A DNA stretch of 64,000 nt from Thermodesulfobacteriota bacterium (GTDB taxonomy: Bacteria > Desulfobacterota > Desulfarculia > JACQYL01), in the NCBI GenBank assembly GCA_963675595.2, contig CAXXLZ010000002.1, forward strand, positions 640,001-704,000, given 5' to 3'. Each line of letters begins with the position of its first letter. The stretch's first letter is position 1. Made by a program: the position numbers and the translations under genes. Below are positions 29,707 through 39,971 of this stretch, piece by piece. The notes beneath the pieces were generated by a model. That model was not told where the DNA came from. It searched no databases and worked only from the letters and a program-made list of their open reading frames with translations.

Positions 29707-30849
29707 TCACGATTCCAGTGCACCCTGCACAAGACGACGCCCTATTCTTCCGGTCATATGTAAGGGGTGGATCAGGCAACGGTGGGGCCATGCGCTCCTG
29801 TTCGGACCCAACCCGTGGTAAAGTCTCAGCCACCAGTCGGATGGAAAAAACAGCTCCTTGTAAGAACGGAAGGCTCCCAGCCGCCTTACTACTTCCTTCC
29901 AGGGTGGAGAGCAGTCACGGAGGTCGGGCGTCATCGGTGGTCCGTCGGAAAAGCCGAGCAAATGCCTCAACTCATCCGGCAAAGGCCAACTCCGGTCGAG
30001 CAGTTCGAGCGTGTTCACTACCAGAGGCGACTCCTCCGCCGTCTTTGTCCAATCAATCCGACGGTAATAGCGCCGAGCCGTGAGCACAATGTCCAGCAAC
30101 CAGATCAGGGGAATCTTGAATACGGCATGGTCACACAAGTGGTGGCAAAGGTGCCACAGCATCCATTCCGGAGGCAGGGTTCGGGCGGGGACCCCACCCC
30201 GGGAAAGCTCGAAGTTCAAGGCGCGGTCCGGGCGACGATCCGGTACACGGCTACCGGGCACCTGCGGACGGGAAAGGCTGTGATGCAACTCGACCACCAC
30301 CTTCAACCCGTTCACCTCACATTGAAGCTCGGGAAGGTGTCTTTCGCGGTGTAAGCCGCCCAAACCATGTTCCAGCGGAAAGACATCGATACCGATGCCG
30401 GATAAGACCTCTTTGGCCTGCTCCAGTTGGGACGGATGAATCAACAGATCCAGATCGCTCATGGGCCGTAAATGCGGGTGATCGTAGACCAGATGCCCCA
30501 GTGCCGCACCCTTCAGCAGAAGAACATCGAGTCCCACCTCTGCGGCCGGCCTCAGAATGCGCCTCAGCACCGTGTTTTGCGCTTCGGACAAATCCCGCCG
30601 CCGCAAGTAGACCCCCTGCAAAGCGAGCCGAAGTTCGGGCTTCAGCTCCGCCTTCAGGTGCCGCACCAAATGATAGAGCAGGGCCCCCAATCCGTGCCTT
30701 TCGGCAACGCTTAGAAAGGCCACGGGGTCCACTTGATTCAGGCCGGAAACCAAGGCTTCCAAAGCCTGCTCCGGGGGCGAATCGAGCGGCACCAATCCTG
30801 CGGCCGTTATCAGCAGTTCCTCATGCGTTCGGCGAATATCATCGTGCAA
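29707..30849 (-). CDS. nucleotidyltransferase family protein (NTP_transf_5-like)
   Basis: LLLKGAAL...Y....RPMSDLDLL, VELHH, H...H and WLLD motifs; TTG start uncertain. Confidence 0.85.
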   Translation of the reverse strand: MHDDIRRTHEELLITAAGLVPLDSPPEQALEALVSGLNQVDPVAFLSVAERHGLGALLYHLVRHLKAELKPELRLALQGVYLRRRDLSEAQNTVLRRILRPAAEVGLDVLLLKGAALGHLVYDHPHLRPMSDLDLLIHPSQLEQAKEVLSGIGIDVFPLEHGLGGLHRERHLPELQCEVNGLKVVVELHHSLSRPQVPGSRVPDRRPDRALNFELSRGGVPARTLPPEWMLWHLCHHLCDHAVFKIPLIWLLDIVLTARRYYRRIDWTKTAEESPLVVNTLELLDRSWPLPDELRHLLGFSDGPPMTPDLRDCSPPWKEVVRRLGAFRSYKELFFPSDWWLRLYHGLGPNRSAWPHRCLIHPLHMTGRIGRRLVQGALES

Positions 30850-31315
30850 AGATGCGATCTCCGTGCGTGCAGGGATTGCGCTCCGAGGGACCCGGCAGGC
30901 TGCCGCAACCGGCTTTTTTCAACGAGCGGATAGAGTCGCGGATGGTCCTCGCGCTCCTTCCAACCTGGACTCGAAAAGGCGCACTTTGTGAACGGCCGGT
31001 ATCTCGGGCATCTTCAAGCCTTGCCGATCGGTGAGCCGACTATGGGCGAAAGCGAAGCATCTCTCGGGAAGACCGCCGGGGCCCGTGCCGAGATTTCAAT
31101 ACTTCTTAGACCGGCTCACTCTTGTCTGCAAACGCAAAATACTCAAGGCGAAAGCGTCTACTGCGGTTTGAGGGGGTCCAGGCTCAATTCGGTTCCGGAT
31201 TCGCTGAGCCCGCGATCCGAATCCCCGAGTGTTTTGGGAGGGTGAGCCGCGACGGCCGCGGCAGGAGAAAGGAAAAGGAAGGGAACAAAGGAAAGGATAC
31301 GAACAAGGGATGCGC

Positions 31316-31582
31316 TCAGCCGCCGTCCAACACTGGGAACAAGCCCACGAGATCCCCCTCCGTCAGTAGGCGATCCGATGGGGACGGTTCACGATTGACC
31401 AAGATCATCGTCACTTCTTCCGGCGGCAACCCGAGAATTTCGATAAGGCGCTTCACGGTGCACCCTTCCTCGACTTCGACTTCCAGGTCTCCATCGGGTG
31501 GGGGAAACGGCAGATGTCTCTTCAGGGAAGGAGCGATATCCACACGGATGGAAGGGCGTTTTCGCGGATTATCTTCAGACAT
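31316..31582 (-). CDS. MoaD/ThiS-family sulfur carrier protein
   Basis: 88 aa ubiquitin-like; ILVN...L.EGD.V.LFP..DGG C-terminus. Confidence 0.9.
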   Translation of the reverse strand: MSEDNPRKRPSIRVDIAPSLKRHLPFPPPDGDLEVEVEEGCTVKRLIEILGLPPEEVTMILVNREPSPSDRLLTEGDLVGLFPVLDGG

Positions 31583-31756
31583 GTTCCTTCCGCATAACGG
31601 ACCGTCGGGAACGCGACCCGAAACGTTACACTTCGTCGCTCGGCGGTGTTGAAGCGGGTTCCTTCAGGCAGGCACTCAAAAGGAAACCGGCTGAAGTCGT
31701 TCCGATTCTTCCGGAGGAACGGCAGACAATATTTCCCGACCTACGGACTTGAGAGT

Positions 31757-33529
31757 CTATTTCTCGGGAGGCACGCCCTGATCATCCCAGCCTCGAACAC
31801 GGTAGTAGTCTTTCATCAACCGCTTCATCTGATCCTCGGTAATGACTTTGCCGGTTTCAGGCAAGGCTTCCGCATAAAAGCGTTTGGGCAGCAAATCCTC
31901 TTCCGGTGTCAGGCCCTCTCTCAAGTTGAAGCGACGCGTGTCATCGGTGATTCCCCCGGCCACGCCCCTTAGTTCCTCTTTGGTGAAATGCAGGCCGGTG
32001 AGGGCGCCGATCATTTCAATCAAGGCTTCCCACTGATACAGGTCCCTGAAAAACCTGCACAGGACCAAGGCGTCGAAAATGGTGAGCCGGTCCTCCCAGT
32101 CGGCAAAGAACTCCGCCTTGCCGTCAATCTGTTCCGGATCGATCATGCCCGCGAGTTCCGGTTTGTAGAAGGTGGTCCGAAGATGGCAGGCCCCACGATC
32201 CGAGGCTCCGTAGGCCAAGCCCATGCCTTTCAGAACCCGTGGGTCGTAACCGGCGGGTTCCAGGCCTTTGACGTGAATCGCCTGGTCTTCCATGCCCCAT
32301 TCACGGGCGACGAATTTGATGCCCCGTGCCAATAGATCGCCGATCCCACGTCGATAAGCCATGTCCTTGAGCAGTTCTGCGATTTGATCCACTCGCCCGT
32401 AGTCCACGTCGTAGGAGACCTTGCCTTGCCGAACGGCCTCGATGGTAAGAGCCGCCAGGTTGCCGGCGGTGATGGTATCGATGCCCAATCGGTCGCAAAG
32501 GTCGTTCAAGTAGGCCACCTCCTCGATGTCGGCCACTTCGCACAACCCCCCGAAGGCGTAAATGGTTTCGTATTCGGGTCCCTCGATCTTGAGCCCCTTG
32601 TGTCTTCCCTCCTTCACCGTGCCCAACCGGCCGCAGGCGATGAAGCAGCGGAGGCAGGCGTGAGGGGTCACTTCCATGCGGGAATGGAGAGCCGCCGCGT
32701 TGATGCTCTCCTTGTGTTCCGCCTGACCTTTCTTCCAGTACCGGGTGGGAAAACTGCCCACGTGGCTCATGATGTCCACCATCATGGGGGTCCCCAGGGA
32801 ATGATACGCCTTGACGCCTTTGTCCTCTTTGGATCGTCCGCCCAACTCTTTGACGATCTCACGTACCTTCTCCGGATCGGCCAATTCCTTCTTCTTGTTG
32901 CCCCAGAAGGCAACGGCCTTGATCCTCTTGGACCCCATCACGGCCCCGACTCCGGTCCGGCCGGCGCTGCGCCAATAGTCGTTCTCAATCACCGCGAACC
33001 CCACCTCGTTCTCACCGGCGGGTCCGATGCAAATCACGCCGACCTTGGCCGTCGACGCCCTGTTCTCCTTCACCCAGGCCCGAACCCGATCCTCCGTTTC
33101 ATACGTGTCCAATCCCCAGAGGTGGGATGCATCATGAAAGATCACACCCTCTTCCGTGATCTCGAGCCAGACCGGCTCTTCCGACGTTCCATAAATCATC
33201 ACGGCGTCGAAGCCGGTTCGGGCCATGTACTCCGCCGCCGTGCCCCCGGAATAGGATTCGGAATAATACCCCGTCTGCGGGGACTTGGTATATACGCCGT
33301 ACCTGCAGGAGCCCCAGATCGCGGTGCCGTTGGCCGGCCCGCCGGCGAAAATCAGGTGGTTCTCGGGGCTAAGCGGGTCCACTCCCGGCGGATTATGTTC
33401 CAGAAGCAAATGCGTCGCCAATCCCTTTCCCCCCAGCCTGCAACGCAAAAGGTCGTCGGACGTGATCTTGAGATCGAAGGATTTGAGCGAGGCGTTCACC
33501 CTCAGCACCATATTGTAGAAGCCGAACAT
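31757..33529 (-). CDS. aor: tungsten-type aldehyde:ferredoxin oxidoreductase
   Basis: LGGKGL, KSPQTG, IGPAGEN, GRTGVGAVMGSK, CLRCFIAC, GPEYET, DRLGIDTI, RGACH. Confidence 0.93.
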   Translation of the reverse strand: MFGFYNMVLRVNASLKSFDLKITSDDLLRCRLGGKGLATHLLLEHNPPGVDPLSPENHLIFAGGPANGTAIWGSCRYGVYTKSPQTGYYSESYSGGTAAEYMARTGFDAVMIYGTSEEPVWLEITEEGVIFHDASHLWGLDTYETEDRVRAWVKENRASTAKVGVICIGPAGENEVGFAVIENDYWRSAGRTGVGAVMGSKRIKAVAFWGNKKKELADPEKVREIVKELGGRSKEDKGVKAYHSLGTPMMVDIMSHVGSFPTRYWKKGQAEHKESINAAALHSRMEVTPHACLRCFIACGRLGTVKEGRHKGLKIEGPEYETIYAFGGLCEVADIEEVAYLNDLCDRLGIDTITAGNLAALTIEAVRQGKVSYDVDYGRVDQIAELLKDMAYRRGIGDLLARGIKFVAREWGMEDQAIHVKGLEPAGYDPRVLKGMGLAYGASDRGACHLRTTFYKPELAGMIDPEQIDGKAEFFADWEDRLTIFDALVLCRFFRDLYQWEALIEMIGALTGLHFTKEELRGVAGGITDDTRRFNLREGLTPEEDLLPKRFYAEALPETGKVITEDQMKRLMKDYYRVRGWDDQGVPPEK

Positions 33530-33680
33530 GGTCGGAACATCCTTTCCCCACGGGAACGCCCGTCACCGCCGACGGCGTCGTGTCTAATGCTTTTGTCTTA
33601 AGTTGGCCCGAATTCGCGGACCGCGATACAACGTCGGCACGGGCGTCAACGCGTCTTCCTGCGCAGAGGTTGACCCTGAA

Positions 33681-34838
33681 TCACAGCACGCTACGGTAAA
33701 TGGCTTCGGCGTCCTCCACGGTCAGCTCCCTGGGATTGTTGGCCAGGAGCCGGGTCACCTTCATCACGCCTTGCGCCAACGACGGAAGATGCTCCTCTTT
33801 CACACCGAAATCGGCCAGACGCGAAGGCACCTGAAGGTCCACGGCCAGGGTGCGCAGAGCCTCCACGGCAACCTGAGCCGCGCGGCGTTCGCTTAGTCCC
33901 TCAACCGGCTCTCCGAAGATTTCGGCCATTGCCGAAAACTTGGAGAGATTCCCCAACATGTTGAACTCCATGACCGGGGCAAGCATGATGCTGTTGGCCA
34001 CTCCGTGAGGAATGTGATATTCGGCCCCGATGGGATAGGCAAAGGCGTGCACCGCGGTGACACCCGCGTTGGCGAACGCGATCCCGGCGAGCAGGCTCCC
34101 TTCCAGCATGCCGCACCGGGCATCAAGATTCGTCCCATTGGCATATGCCGTGCGGATATTCCTGGAGATCAGTCTCATGGATTCCCGGGCCAATAGATCC
34201 GTCATGGACGTGGCATTTTTGGATGTATAAGCTTCCACCGCGTGAATCAGAGCGTCCATCCCCGTCGCCGCCGTAACCTTGGGAGGCAGGCCCAAAGTGA
34301 GCTCCGCGTCCAGAATCGCCGCCGCCGGAAAAAGAAACGGGCTCACAATGCCTTTTTTCAGTTTCTCCGCCTCGTCGGAAAGAATGGCGATGGCCGTTAC
34401 CTCGCTGCCCGTGCCCGCGGTTGTGGGGACCAGGATGGTGGGCAAACCCCGCTCGGGAATCATATCGATTCCGAAAAGACCGCCGATGTCACGATCATTG
34501 GTCGCCAGGACCGAAGCAACTTTGGCGATGTCCAGCGAAGACCCTCCGCCGATTCCGATCAACACCTCGGCTTTGAAGCTCTTGGCCTTGTCCGCCGCCT
34601 GAAGCGCGATTTCAATCCGCGGATCCGGTTCCACGGCATCGAAGCGGTCGAAAGTCAACTGTGCCTCGCTCAACAGGTCTTCTAGCTTTCCCACAATGCC
34701 CGCCCGCACCAGTCCTTGGTCGGTCACAATGAGTACACGAGCGCCCTTGAGTCGTTTGACTTCCTCCGCGATACCACCCAAGGAGCCGGGTCCCATCACC
34801 ATCCGGGGAGTCGTCTGAAAATATCTGGTCATTGTCAT
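33681..34838 (-). CDS. iron-containing alcohol dehydrogenase
   Basis: GGGSSLDIAK, PTTAGTGSEVT, DALIHAVEAY, H..A..I.....HG..N. Confidence 0.95.
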   Translation of the reverse strand: MTMTRYFQTTPRMVMGPGSLGGIAEEVKRLKGARVLIVTDQGLVRAGIVGKLEDLLSEAQLTFDRFDAVEPDPRIEIALQAADKAKSFKAEVLIGIGGGSSLDIAKVASVLATNDRDIGGLFGIDMIPERGLPTILVPTTAGTGSEVTAIAILSDEAEKLKKGIVSPFLFPAAAILDAELTLGLPPKVTAATGMDALIHAVEAYTSKNATSMTDLLARESMRLISRNIRTAYANGTNLDARCGMLEGSLLAGIAFANAGVTAVHAFAYPIGAEYHIPHGVANSIMLAPVMEFNMLGNLSKFSAMAEIFGEPVEGLSERRAAQVAVEALRTLAVDLQVPSRLADFGVKEEHLPSLAQGVMKVTRLLANNPRELTVEDAEAIYRSVL

Positions 34839-35129
34839 GATGAGCCACCTTCCTTCTCAAGTCTCACCAGCCGCTCCGCCGCCGTCGGCTGAGAGACGGT
34901 TGGTCGTGAAATACCGGCGATGTTCCGCGCGAAAAAGCTCCGTGCGCAACGGTGCACGTACGAAACCTCATTTCCCGACCGTTTTCGGAAGCAGCGAGAA
35001 AGCGCCCCCGGAACGTCGGTGCCCAAGTTGTTTCGTTTGCACCTGCATGAAACCGTTTCCGACTTTCGGCTTTTTGCGTGCCCTCAACGGCCCGCCAAAA
35101 AAGGCCGGTCGGTACAGGCCTGTGAAACG

Positions 35130-35222
35130 CGGCAGGTCCCGAGAAACGAAACGTACATAAAATACGTGACAGTGACTGGGGATGAAACGCAACGCAGCGG
35201 ATCGCGTTTCTCGATAACCTGT
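35130..35222 (-). repeat. dispersed palindromic repeat, diverged inverted copy
   Basis: Reverse complement CAGGTTATCGAGAAACGCGATCCGCTGCGTTGCGTTTCATCCCCAGTCACTGTCACGTA matches the copy at 8368. Confidence 0.7.
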
Positions 35223-35926
35223 TAGACGGCCAAGTACTTGTCACGGATGCTCCGGTCGTGCTTGAACTCCTCCATGCCTCCTTCGTAGACCACGTGTCCT
35301 TTGTCGATCACCACGACGCGGTCGGAAACGGCCATGGCGAAGCGGATGTGCTGTTCGGAGAGCAGGATCGTGGTCGAAGCCTCCTTAAGCCTCATGACCA
35401 AGTCCTTCAAGGCTCCTACGATCACGGGCGACAACCCTTCCGTGGGCTCATCAAGAACCAGTACGTCCGGATTCCCCATGAGCGCCCGAGCAATGGTCAA
35501 CATCTGCTGCTCACCGCCCGAGAGTGTTCCCCCGAGACGCTCCTGCATACCGGCGAGAATGGGGAAGTGCTCCAATACGGTACTCAGGTTCCAAACACCC
35601 TTACGACCGGGCATGATGCCGAGATCGAGGTTCTCTCTGACCGTAAAAGGTCCGAGTATCCGCCGATCCTCCGGTACGAACCCCAGGCCGAGCCTCGCCA
35701 TCTTGTGCGCCGGGAACCGCGTGCAATTCATCCCCTTAAAGATGACCTTTCCCGTCTTGGGAGGCGTGAGCCCCATAATGGAACGAAAAGTCGTGGTTTT
35801 TCCCGCTCCGTTGCGGCCCATGAGACATACGGTTTCCCCGGACGTCACGTTCAGGCCCACGTTGAAAAGAATGTGACTGCGCCCGTAATAGGTGTTCAAA
35901 TCCACCGCTTCAAGGATATGACTCAT
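35222..35926 (-). CDS. ABC transporter ATP-binding protein (LivF-like)
   Basis: GRNGAGKTT, LSGGEQQML, LDEPTEGL. Confidence 0.93.
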   Translation of the reverse strand: MSHILEAVDLNTYYGRSHILFNVGLNVTSGETVCLMGRNGAGKTTTFRSIMGLTPPKTGKVIFKGMNCTRFPAHKMARLGLGFVPEDRRILGPFTVRENLDLGIMPGRKGVWNLSTVLEHFPILAGMQERLGGTLSGGEQQMLTIARALMGNPDVLVLDEPTEGLSPVIVGALKDLVMRLKEASTTILLSEQHIRFAMAVSDRVVVIDKGHVVYEGGMEEFKHDRSIRDKYLAV

Positions 35927-36678
35927 CAGAGCTCCTCTCCCAGATAGGCGGTGACCACCTGCGGGTTGTTCCGGATTTCCTGCGGTGTGCCTTCCGCCAG
36001 GAGCGTTCCCTGCTGCAACACCCTGACGGTCTGAGCGATCCCGAAAACCGTATCCATGTCGTGCTCGATAAAAATCAGAGTCAGTTGATACTCTTTCCAA
36101 AGTTTCTTGATCAGTTCCCGGGTCAGCAGCCTTTCTTCCGGCGACATGCCCGACGTAGGCTCGTCCAGAAGCAGGAGCTTGGGTTCAAGAGCCAGTGCAA
36201 TCCCGATGTCGAGCAGCTTTTGATCCCCATGTGAAAGCTCGAAACCCAATCGTTCCGTGTCCCCCTGCAAGCCCAGGCTCTCCAGGATTCGGTGAGCCCT
36301 GTCCGTGGCTTCACGAAACCGGGAGGCGGGTTTAAAGGCTTTTCGGCTCTGTCCGAGTCTGGACAGGCAAGCCACCCTCACATTGTCCAAGACGGTCTCT
36401 TCGGGAAAGATGGAAGCGATTTGGAACGCGCGACCGACGCCGAGAGCCACGATCTGTTGAGTGGTAAGGCCCGGAATGTCCTTGTCTTCGAACAGAATCC
36501 TACCCTTGTCGGGCGTCAGATAGCCCGTAATTTGGTTGAACAGGGTGGTCTTTCCCGCGCCGTTGGGACCGATGACCGCTGAAATTTCACCCGACATCAC
36601 GGAAAAGCTCACTCCGTCGGTGACCTTGAGCCCTCCGAACGCCTTGTGAACCGTATCTAAGACGAGAATGGGTTCCAC
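35926..36678 (-). CDS. ABC transporter ATP-binding protein (LivG-like)
   Basis: GPNGAGKTT, LSHGDQK, LDEPTSG, IEHDM, AYLG. Confidence 0.93.
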   Translation of the reverse strand: MEPILVLDTVHKAFGGLKVTDGVSFSVMSGEISAVIGPNGAGKTTLFNQITGYLTPDKGRILFEDKDIPGLTTQQIVALGVGRAFQIASIFPEETVLDNVRVACLSRLGQSRKAFKPASRFREATDRAHRILESLGLQGDTERLGFELSHGDQKLLDIGIALALEPKLLLLDEPTSGMSPEERLLTRELIKKLWKEYQLTLIFIEHDMDTVFGIAQTVRVLQQGTLLAEGTPQEIRNNPQVVTAYLGEEL

Positions 36679-37638
36679 CTATACTCTCCGTGATTCCGAG
36701 CCCGCGAACCGCGACTTGATTCGCTGCACTTCACCCACGATGCCCTTTGGAAAAGCGATGACCATGATCAGCATGACGCCTCCGATGATGGCGGCCCAGT
36801 ATTCCGTGTAAGCTCCCACCACATCCTCGATGAGAATGATGGCGGCGGCCCCGATGAAGGGACCGAAGAACTGGTGAATTCCTCCGAGAACGGACATGAG
36901 GATGACTTCGCCCGAGGTCGTCCAATAGAGCATATCGGTGTGAATCGAGTTATCCACGCCGGCCATAAGTCCGCCTGCCAAGGCGGCGAAGACCGAGGAA
37001 ACCATGTAGACCCTCAACCTGTTGCGCCTTACTCTTTTGCCCAGGAACCGAACCCGTTCCGGGTTCTGCCGGACACACCGCAGTACGAGTCCCAACGGCG
37101 AGTAGGCCAGCCGCTTCATGACCCAAATGGACAACAGACAGAGCACCAGTGTGAAGTAGAAGTACACGATCTGGTCGCCCAGAATGCCGGGTGCCATGAT
37201 CCCCTGCACTCCGTCGTCTCCTCCGGTGAACTCGTACCATTTAAAAGTGATCTGCCAGACCAGTTGAGCGAACGCCAGCGTCAGCATGGTGAAGAAAACC
37301 CCATGGACGCGAATAATGAGCAGTCCCAAGAGGAAGGACAGGACCGCCGAGGCAAGGATGCCGAGGAGCATCCCCGGCAGAAACCAACCGCTGCCGAGGT
37401 AATTCACCATGAGTCCGACGAAATAGGCGCCCAGCCCATAATACAGAGCCTGCCCGAAGGACAGCATTCCCGTCATTCCGAACAGCAGATTGAACGCCAC
37501 GGCGAACATGCCCCAAACGATGATGTGGCTCGCAAGAATGAGTTGGTACGTGGAGGTCATGAACACGGGCACCAGCCCGAATATCACGGCCAACAGACCC
37601 CAGAGGATCCCGGTTCTGTAGTTGCGCACCTGCTCCAT
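36679..37638 (-). CDS. ABC transporter permease (LivM-like)
   Basis: G.LSFGQA..YGLGAY, TGGDDG, VLGG..F.GP..GA. Confidence 0.92.
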   Translation of the reverse strand: MEQVRNYRTGILWGLLAVIFGLVPVFMTSTYQLILASHIIVWGMFAVAFNLLFGMTGMLSFGQALYYGLGAYFVGLMVNYLGSGWFLPGMLLGILASAVLSFLLGLLIIRVHGVFFTMLTLAFAQLVWQITFKWYEFTGGDDGVQGIMAPGILGDQIVYFYFTLVLCLLSIWVMKRLAYSPLGLVLRCVRQNPERVRFLGKRVRRNRLRVYMVSSVFAALAGGLMAGVDNSIHTDMLYWTTSGEVILMSVLGGIHQFFGPFIGAAAIILIEDVVGAYTEYWAAIIGGVMLIMVIAFPKGIVGEVQRIKSRFAGSESRRV

Positions 37639-37639
37639 G

Positions 37640-38527
37640 CTAGATTTTCCTCACCTTCCGAGGCGCGAACAGACCCTCCGGCTTGAAGATCAAGGTCACC
37701 ACCATTACAAGATAACTGAACAATGTGGCCCACTTCGGCACGAATGCCACGGCGAATGCATTGACTTCGCCTAAAAGAAGAGCGCCGAGCCAGGCCCCCC
37801 AGAAATTCCCCATGCCCCCGAGTACCACGACGATGAGGGAATCGATGATCACCTCGATGCCGGCACCGGGAGTAACGGACCGTAGAGGCGCCGCCAGAGC
37901 TCCGGTCATCCCGCCTAATCCGGTGGCAATGCCGAAAACCAGGGTCATGGTCAGCGGCACGTTGACGCCCAAGACTCCGAGGATCTCGCGATCCACGGCG
38001 AAAGCCCGGGTGATCCGCCCCGGTCGCGTCTTCATAAGTACCCACCAGGACAGGAATACGACCAAGAGCCCGATGACGATGATGGCCAGATTGTAGGACG
38101 GAATGGTCACCCCGGCGAATTGCACGGCGCCCGTGAATCCCGGAGGCCGGGAGATGGATTTGTATTCCGTACCCCAAACGATTTTGACCAAGTCGTCGAT
38201 CAATAGAATGAAACAGTAGGTCAGCAGGATCTGGAATCCGCCTTCCTCGGACCTGCCGTAAATCCGGCGAAGGAAGAGGGACTCCGCCAAAATCCCCAGG
38301 ATACCGGCTCCCAATCCCGCGACGATGAGTCCCAGCCAGAAGTTGAACTGCCAAACCCCGATGAATTGGTAGCCCAGATACGCCCCGACCATGTAGAAAG
38401 ACCCATGGGCGAAGTTGAACACGTTGGCCACGCCGAAGATCAGGGTCAAACCGCTGGCCACGAGGAAAAGGAGTGTGGCCATGGTCAAACCGCTGATCAA
38501 CTGCGATAGGAAAAAGGAGAAGTCCAT
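37640..38527 (-). CDS. ABC transporter permease (LivH-like)
   Basis: GLTLIFGV..VFNFAHG, VVVLGGMG, KPEGLF. Confidence 0.92.
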   Translation of the reverse strand: MDFSFFLSQLISGLTMATLLFLVASGLTLIFGVANVFNFAHGSFYMVGAYLGYQFIGVWQFNFWLGLIVAGLGAGILGILAESLFLRRIYGRSEEGGFQILLTYCFILLIDDLVKIVWGTEYKSISRPPGFTGAVQFAGVTIPSYNLAIIVIGLLVVFLSWWVLMKTRPGRITRAFAVDREILGVLGVNVPLTMTLVFGIATGLGGMTGALAAPLRSVTPGAGIEVIIDSLIVVVLGGMGNFWGAWLGALLLGEVNAFAVAFVPKWATLFSYLVMVVTLIFKPEGLFAPRKVRKI

Positions 38528-38544
38528 TCGCCTGCCTCGGGAAT

Positions 38545-38580
38545 GAGCCCTCGGGAGGCGAGGGCCTCCCCGGCGGGCTC
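38545..38580. other. GC-rich stem-loop between the binding-protein and permease genes (possible mRNA stabiliser or attenuator)
   Basis: GAGCCC-TCGGGAGGC-GAGG-GCCTCCCCGGC-GGGCTC inverted repeat. Confidence 0.5.
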
Positions 38581-38612
38581 TTAGTGGTTAGGGCAATCCG
38601 ATAATCCGGTGC

Positions 38613-39872
38613 TTACTTGGTGCTTTTGGCCTCGGTGTAGCCTTTAGGAGGCATGATGTCTTCGGCTTTGTAGATCTTCCAGTGGTCCAGCATGCGAGTG
38701 GCGGGCGGAAAATCCTTGTTCTCGACGGTCACGCCGATGGCCTGCATCTGAACGACCTGGTGGGTGTCGGGATCGATGTAGGAAGTGAATCCTTCCGGGT
38801 CCTCCGGAAGCTGCATCTTGATCCCTTCCAGCGCCTTCACCAAAGCCTCGGTGTCGTCCGGATTCCCCACTTTTTCCACGGCGTTGGCGATGGCGTAGAT
38901 TCCGGCATAAGCCCCCTCGGCCGCGTAGGTGGGATAACGACCGGTCCTCTTCTTGAATTCGGCCACAAAAGCCTGGTTTTGGGCCGTATCCGGCCAGTTG
39001 TCGTGGTGTCGGGCGGAAAGCACCAAACCCAGGGGCAGTTCGTCGCCCATGGCGCTCATGAGCTCATAGTTCCCGCCGGCATCCGGATGGAAATAGAGCA
39101 TTTTGTCGAATAGGCCGTAGGGCTTGGCCTGCTTGATAAAGGCCACCGTGTCGCCGCCCCAGAATCCGGCCACCAGGATGTCGGGTTTATCGTTGATGAT
39201 GGACGTGATGTACGGAGTGTAGTCCGGAGCAAAAATCTTGGGCCAGTATTCACCCACCACTTTGTATTCAACGCCGAAGCGGTCCAGGCAGAATCGAAGC
39301 TCGTTCCATTGACTGTGGCCGTAAGCGTAATCGGGACCGATAAACGCGATGGTTTCCCAGGGCTTGGACGCCTTGATTTCTTTGAGATACAGGGCTCCGG
39401 CAGCCATGGACTGGAAGGTGTTGTTCGAAACTCGAAAGTAGTATGGTTGCAGACTGTCCGCCGTCAGACGGGTGGAGGCGTGATCCGTTCCGATGAAGAT
39501 GGTCTTGTACTGTTTGGAGACTTCGGTCACCGCCAATCCCACGCCGGAACTCACCACTCCAAAAAGAAAGTGAACGTCGTCTTCCGTGATGTATCGTTTG
39601 GCCACTCGGACCGCATAGGCAGGTTTGGCTTTGCTGTCCGTGAAGACAATATCCAACTTGTAACCTGCGGCCCCGCCCTTGGCGTTGACCTCGTCCACGG
39701 CCATCTCCGCCGCGGCCACGGAATCAAGGCCGTAAAGGCCCGCTCGGCCCGTCATGGGGTACATGGCGCCGATTCGGACCACTTTTTCGTCCGCCGCGCT
39801 TACCACGCCGGGAAGGACCACCAGCGCGAAGAAAGCCAGTACCACCAACGTCCATGTCTTGTGCCTCAACAT
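38613..39872 (-). CDS. ABC transporter substrate-binding protein (LivK/PBP1 type)
   Basis: Signal peptide; RIGAMYPMTG, INAKGG-like VNAKGG, G.VSS, DYAYG; GGAGG RBS before ATG 39872. Confidence 0.92.
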   Translation of the reverse strand: MLRHKTWTLVVLAFFALVVLPGVVSAADEKVVRIGAMYPMTGRAGLYGLDSVAAAEMAVDEVNAKGGAAGYKLDIVFTDSKAKPAYAVRVAKRYITEDDVHFLFGVVSSGVGLAVTEVSKQYKTIFIGTDHASTRLTADSLQPYYFRVSNNTFQSMAAGALYLKEIKASKPWETIAFIGPDYAYGHSQWNELRFCLDRFGVEYKVVGEYWPKIFAPDYTPYITSIINDKPDILVAGFWGGDTVAFIKQAKPYGLFDKMLYFHPDAGGNYELMSAMGDELPLGLVLSARHHDNWPDTAQNQAFVAEFKKRTGRYPTYAAEGAYAGIYAIANAVEKVGNPDDTEALVKALEGIKMQLPEDPEGFTSYIDPDTHQVVQMQAIGVTVENKDFPPATRMLDHWKIYKAEDIMPPKGYTEAKSTK

Positions 39873-39971
39873 TCCATACCTCCTTTGTTGATTCATCCGT
39901 CGCCTTTTTGAACAAGATCCGAGTTCGGGCTCCACGTCGGAACCCGGCCCGGAGCCCGGAACCATCTCCCA

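Noticed and set aside
23757-30849. Canonical lasso peptide gene cluster
   Set aside because: No asparagine-synthetase-like cyclase, transglutaminase-like B2 protease or ABC exporter in the window.
31260-31312. Purine-rich tract downstream of the MoaD-like gene
   Set aside because: Low-complexity with no defined repeat unit; it may aid Rho termination but nothing supports a specific call.
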